From NCBI GenBank assembly GCA_000320545.1, contig ADNK01000157.1:74828-138827 (forward strand): DNA of 64,000 bases, given 5' to 3'. The notes beneath the pieces are model-generated. The model was not told the origin of the DNA. It saw nothing but the letters and a program-made list of their open reading frames with translations, and searched no databases. This DNA comes from Bigelowiella natans CCMP2755. Taxonomy: Eukaryota > Protista > Cercozoa. The translations under genes were made by a program, and so were the position numbers. Shown here one piece after another: positions 62,627-64,000 of this stretch (its first letter is position 1; every line of letters starts with the position of its first letter).

Positions 62627-63350
62627 GCGTGTGTGTGTGCGCTTTATTCATGCAGATGCTGCCAACTTACGGTGAGGCGAGGTCATCATGTTCAGTCTGG
62701 GGGTGGTAGTGAGGACGCCGCCGCCGATGATTGTAGCGGCTGAGACTTCGGTAGTGATACTTGCCTCCTGACCCCAGGAGGACGGAGTAGTACCGACTAC
62801 CACCATTCCGTACTGCCTAGAGAGTGACGGATCTCGATTTCCCCAAAGCTGCGGGCACAGCTGGTGGGGGTGGTGTGGTCATCGTCGAGCGCATCCGCGC
62901 CGTCGTCGTTGACGATGATGACGACGACGCTGCTGCGGTCGGGTCGCTTATCCTGACAAGCTGTTTATCCCTCTTCCCAAGCAGGAGCCCTTTCTTCGTC
63001 CTGAGGCTGCCTGCATCGTCAGTGCTGGATGAACGCGCCCCCCCCATGCTGTCCGTCTCCTGCTGATGATCCTGCTTTGCCATGGTCATCGTCGTCGTCG
63101 TCGGGGTACCAGTATTGAGTGGAAATAGCCTTCGCGCCACTGACCCCTTTGTAGTACCATCAGCAGAGTTGGTGGTATTTTCCTTTTTTTTCGCGCTGTC
63201 CGAATAGTCGTTATAGCAGCCCCCCCCCCCCCCCTCCTTTGCATCGCTCGCGCCCTTCTTACCATCCTCATCCAGGATCGCTAGCGGGGAGGACGACGAC
63301 GACATGATGGCCGATGATGATATATCGACGAGCTTCACTTCCATGGTCAT
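60573..63350 (-). CDS. BTB/POZ(-BACK-like) domain protein with low-complexity insertions; 5' end uncertain
   Basis: Exons give SRYYSVLL..., RFTITFT|GLATACLDVLLHYLYTG, FLHQVIHAGKQLGLSSLH|SAYEDLLSQKVVPRTALRYF..GMYGLQ|DLCVDLF..|DLPPELEKEII. TAG at 60573-60575. Confidence 0.65.
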
Positions 63351-64000
63351 TCTCTGCCCTTTCCTTGCTCCCCCCCCTCCCCCTCCTCCTCCTCCTCCTC
63401 CACCACCTCAAGTAAGTGGGAACACCTCCTCTGGTATTAGGAATATGAACATAGTCTAGCTAAGCTTTCGTGTCACTATTCAGGACTAGAGACCAGATAG
63501 CGGAGGGCATCGGGGCTGATAGCGGCGTGTGCCGATAGCGAAAGGTGCGATCAAGCAGAACAACCAAATCAGCGGAGGATAGGAAGAGGGGGGGCGGAAC
63601 TAGGATCGGGGCCGACTTTAGAGGGATTCCCCATCACGACGACCCTTTTGTAAGCAATGGAGGTGCAACTGGCGTGGGTGGAGGAAGGGGGTTAGAATCT
63701 TCATTCGATGAGGACCCTTTCTCTTCGAATGCTAGCAAGCGAAAAGGCAGTGAGCAGAGGGAGGAGGAAGAGAAGGCGGAACCCTCCGTTCCCCCTGCTC
63801 CCTCTCCCTCTCCGCAAAGAGTCTCCTGCGGGGGGGGGAGGGCCGATACACAGCGAAAGGCTTTGACAAATAACAACTTCAATTGTGATTTCTTTGACTT
63901 TGAGGACAATGATGGGGAACCCCCCCGAAGCAACTCGAAAAGGAAAGCGAAAAGTGCATAGCATGGGGGGGGGAAGGGTATGGTGAGCTTGGGTATTTTC

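Noticed and set aside
63539-63961. Plus-strand ORF with protein-like composition at the window end
   Set aside because: No ATG and no domain. It could be an exon (possible donor at 63412), but I cannot support a gene model.
1-64000. Numerous poly-amino-acid ORFs in the track (CVCV, ERER, YIYI, HTHT); also tRNA/rRNA/CRISPR
   Set aside because: The ORFs are translations of microsatellites or antisense frames. No tRNA, rRNA or CRISPR array was recognisable by eye.

Overview
Gene-dense, intron-rich eukaryotic nuclear DNA. Several genes start with a signal peptide followed by a transit-like leader, and one encodes a green-lineage plastid protein. This points to an alga with a secondary green plastid, most likely a chlorarachniophyte (inference). 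I joined exons by hand across GT..AG junctions to recover about 13 host genes. In order they are: an extended UxaA/altronate-dehydratase-family protein running off the left edge; a CS/p23-domain protein; a very large protein with a degenerate 3'-5' exonuclease and two SAP domains; a conserved plastid protein; an intronless secreted DUF4185-like protein; bifunctional AdhE; an endosomal Qa-SNARE; a BIG-type Sec7 Arf-GEF; a membrane-anchored WD40-like protein; a BPNT1/IMPase-like protein with degenerate metal ligands; an intronless secreted S12 serine hydrolase; RFC4; and a BTB protein. The most striking object is an intact 5.7-kb Ty3/gypsy-type LTR retrotransposon (20722-26437). It has apparently identical 326-bp LTRs, a 4-bp TSD, a PBS, a PPT and a single gag-pol ORF. 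Its integrase core is shortened (D-27-E), and the ORF ends in a domain resembling the N6-adenine methyltransferase-like module of DIRS elements. All family assignments come from motif recognition by eye; no searches were run, and exon boundaries are approximate where stated.
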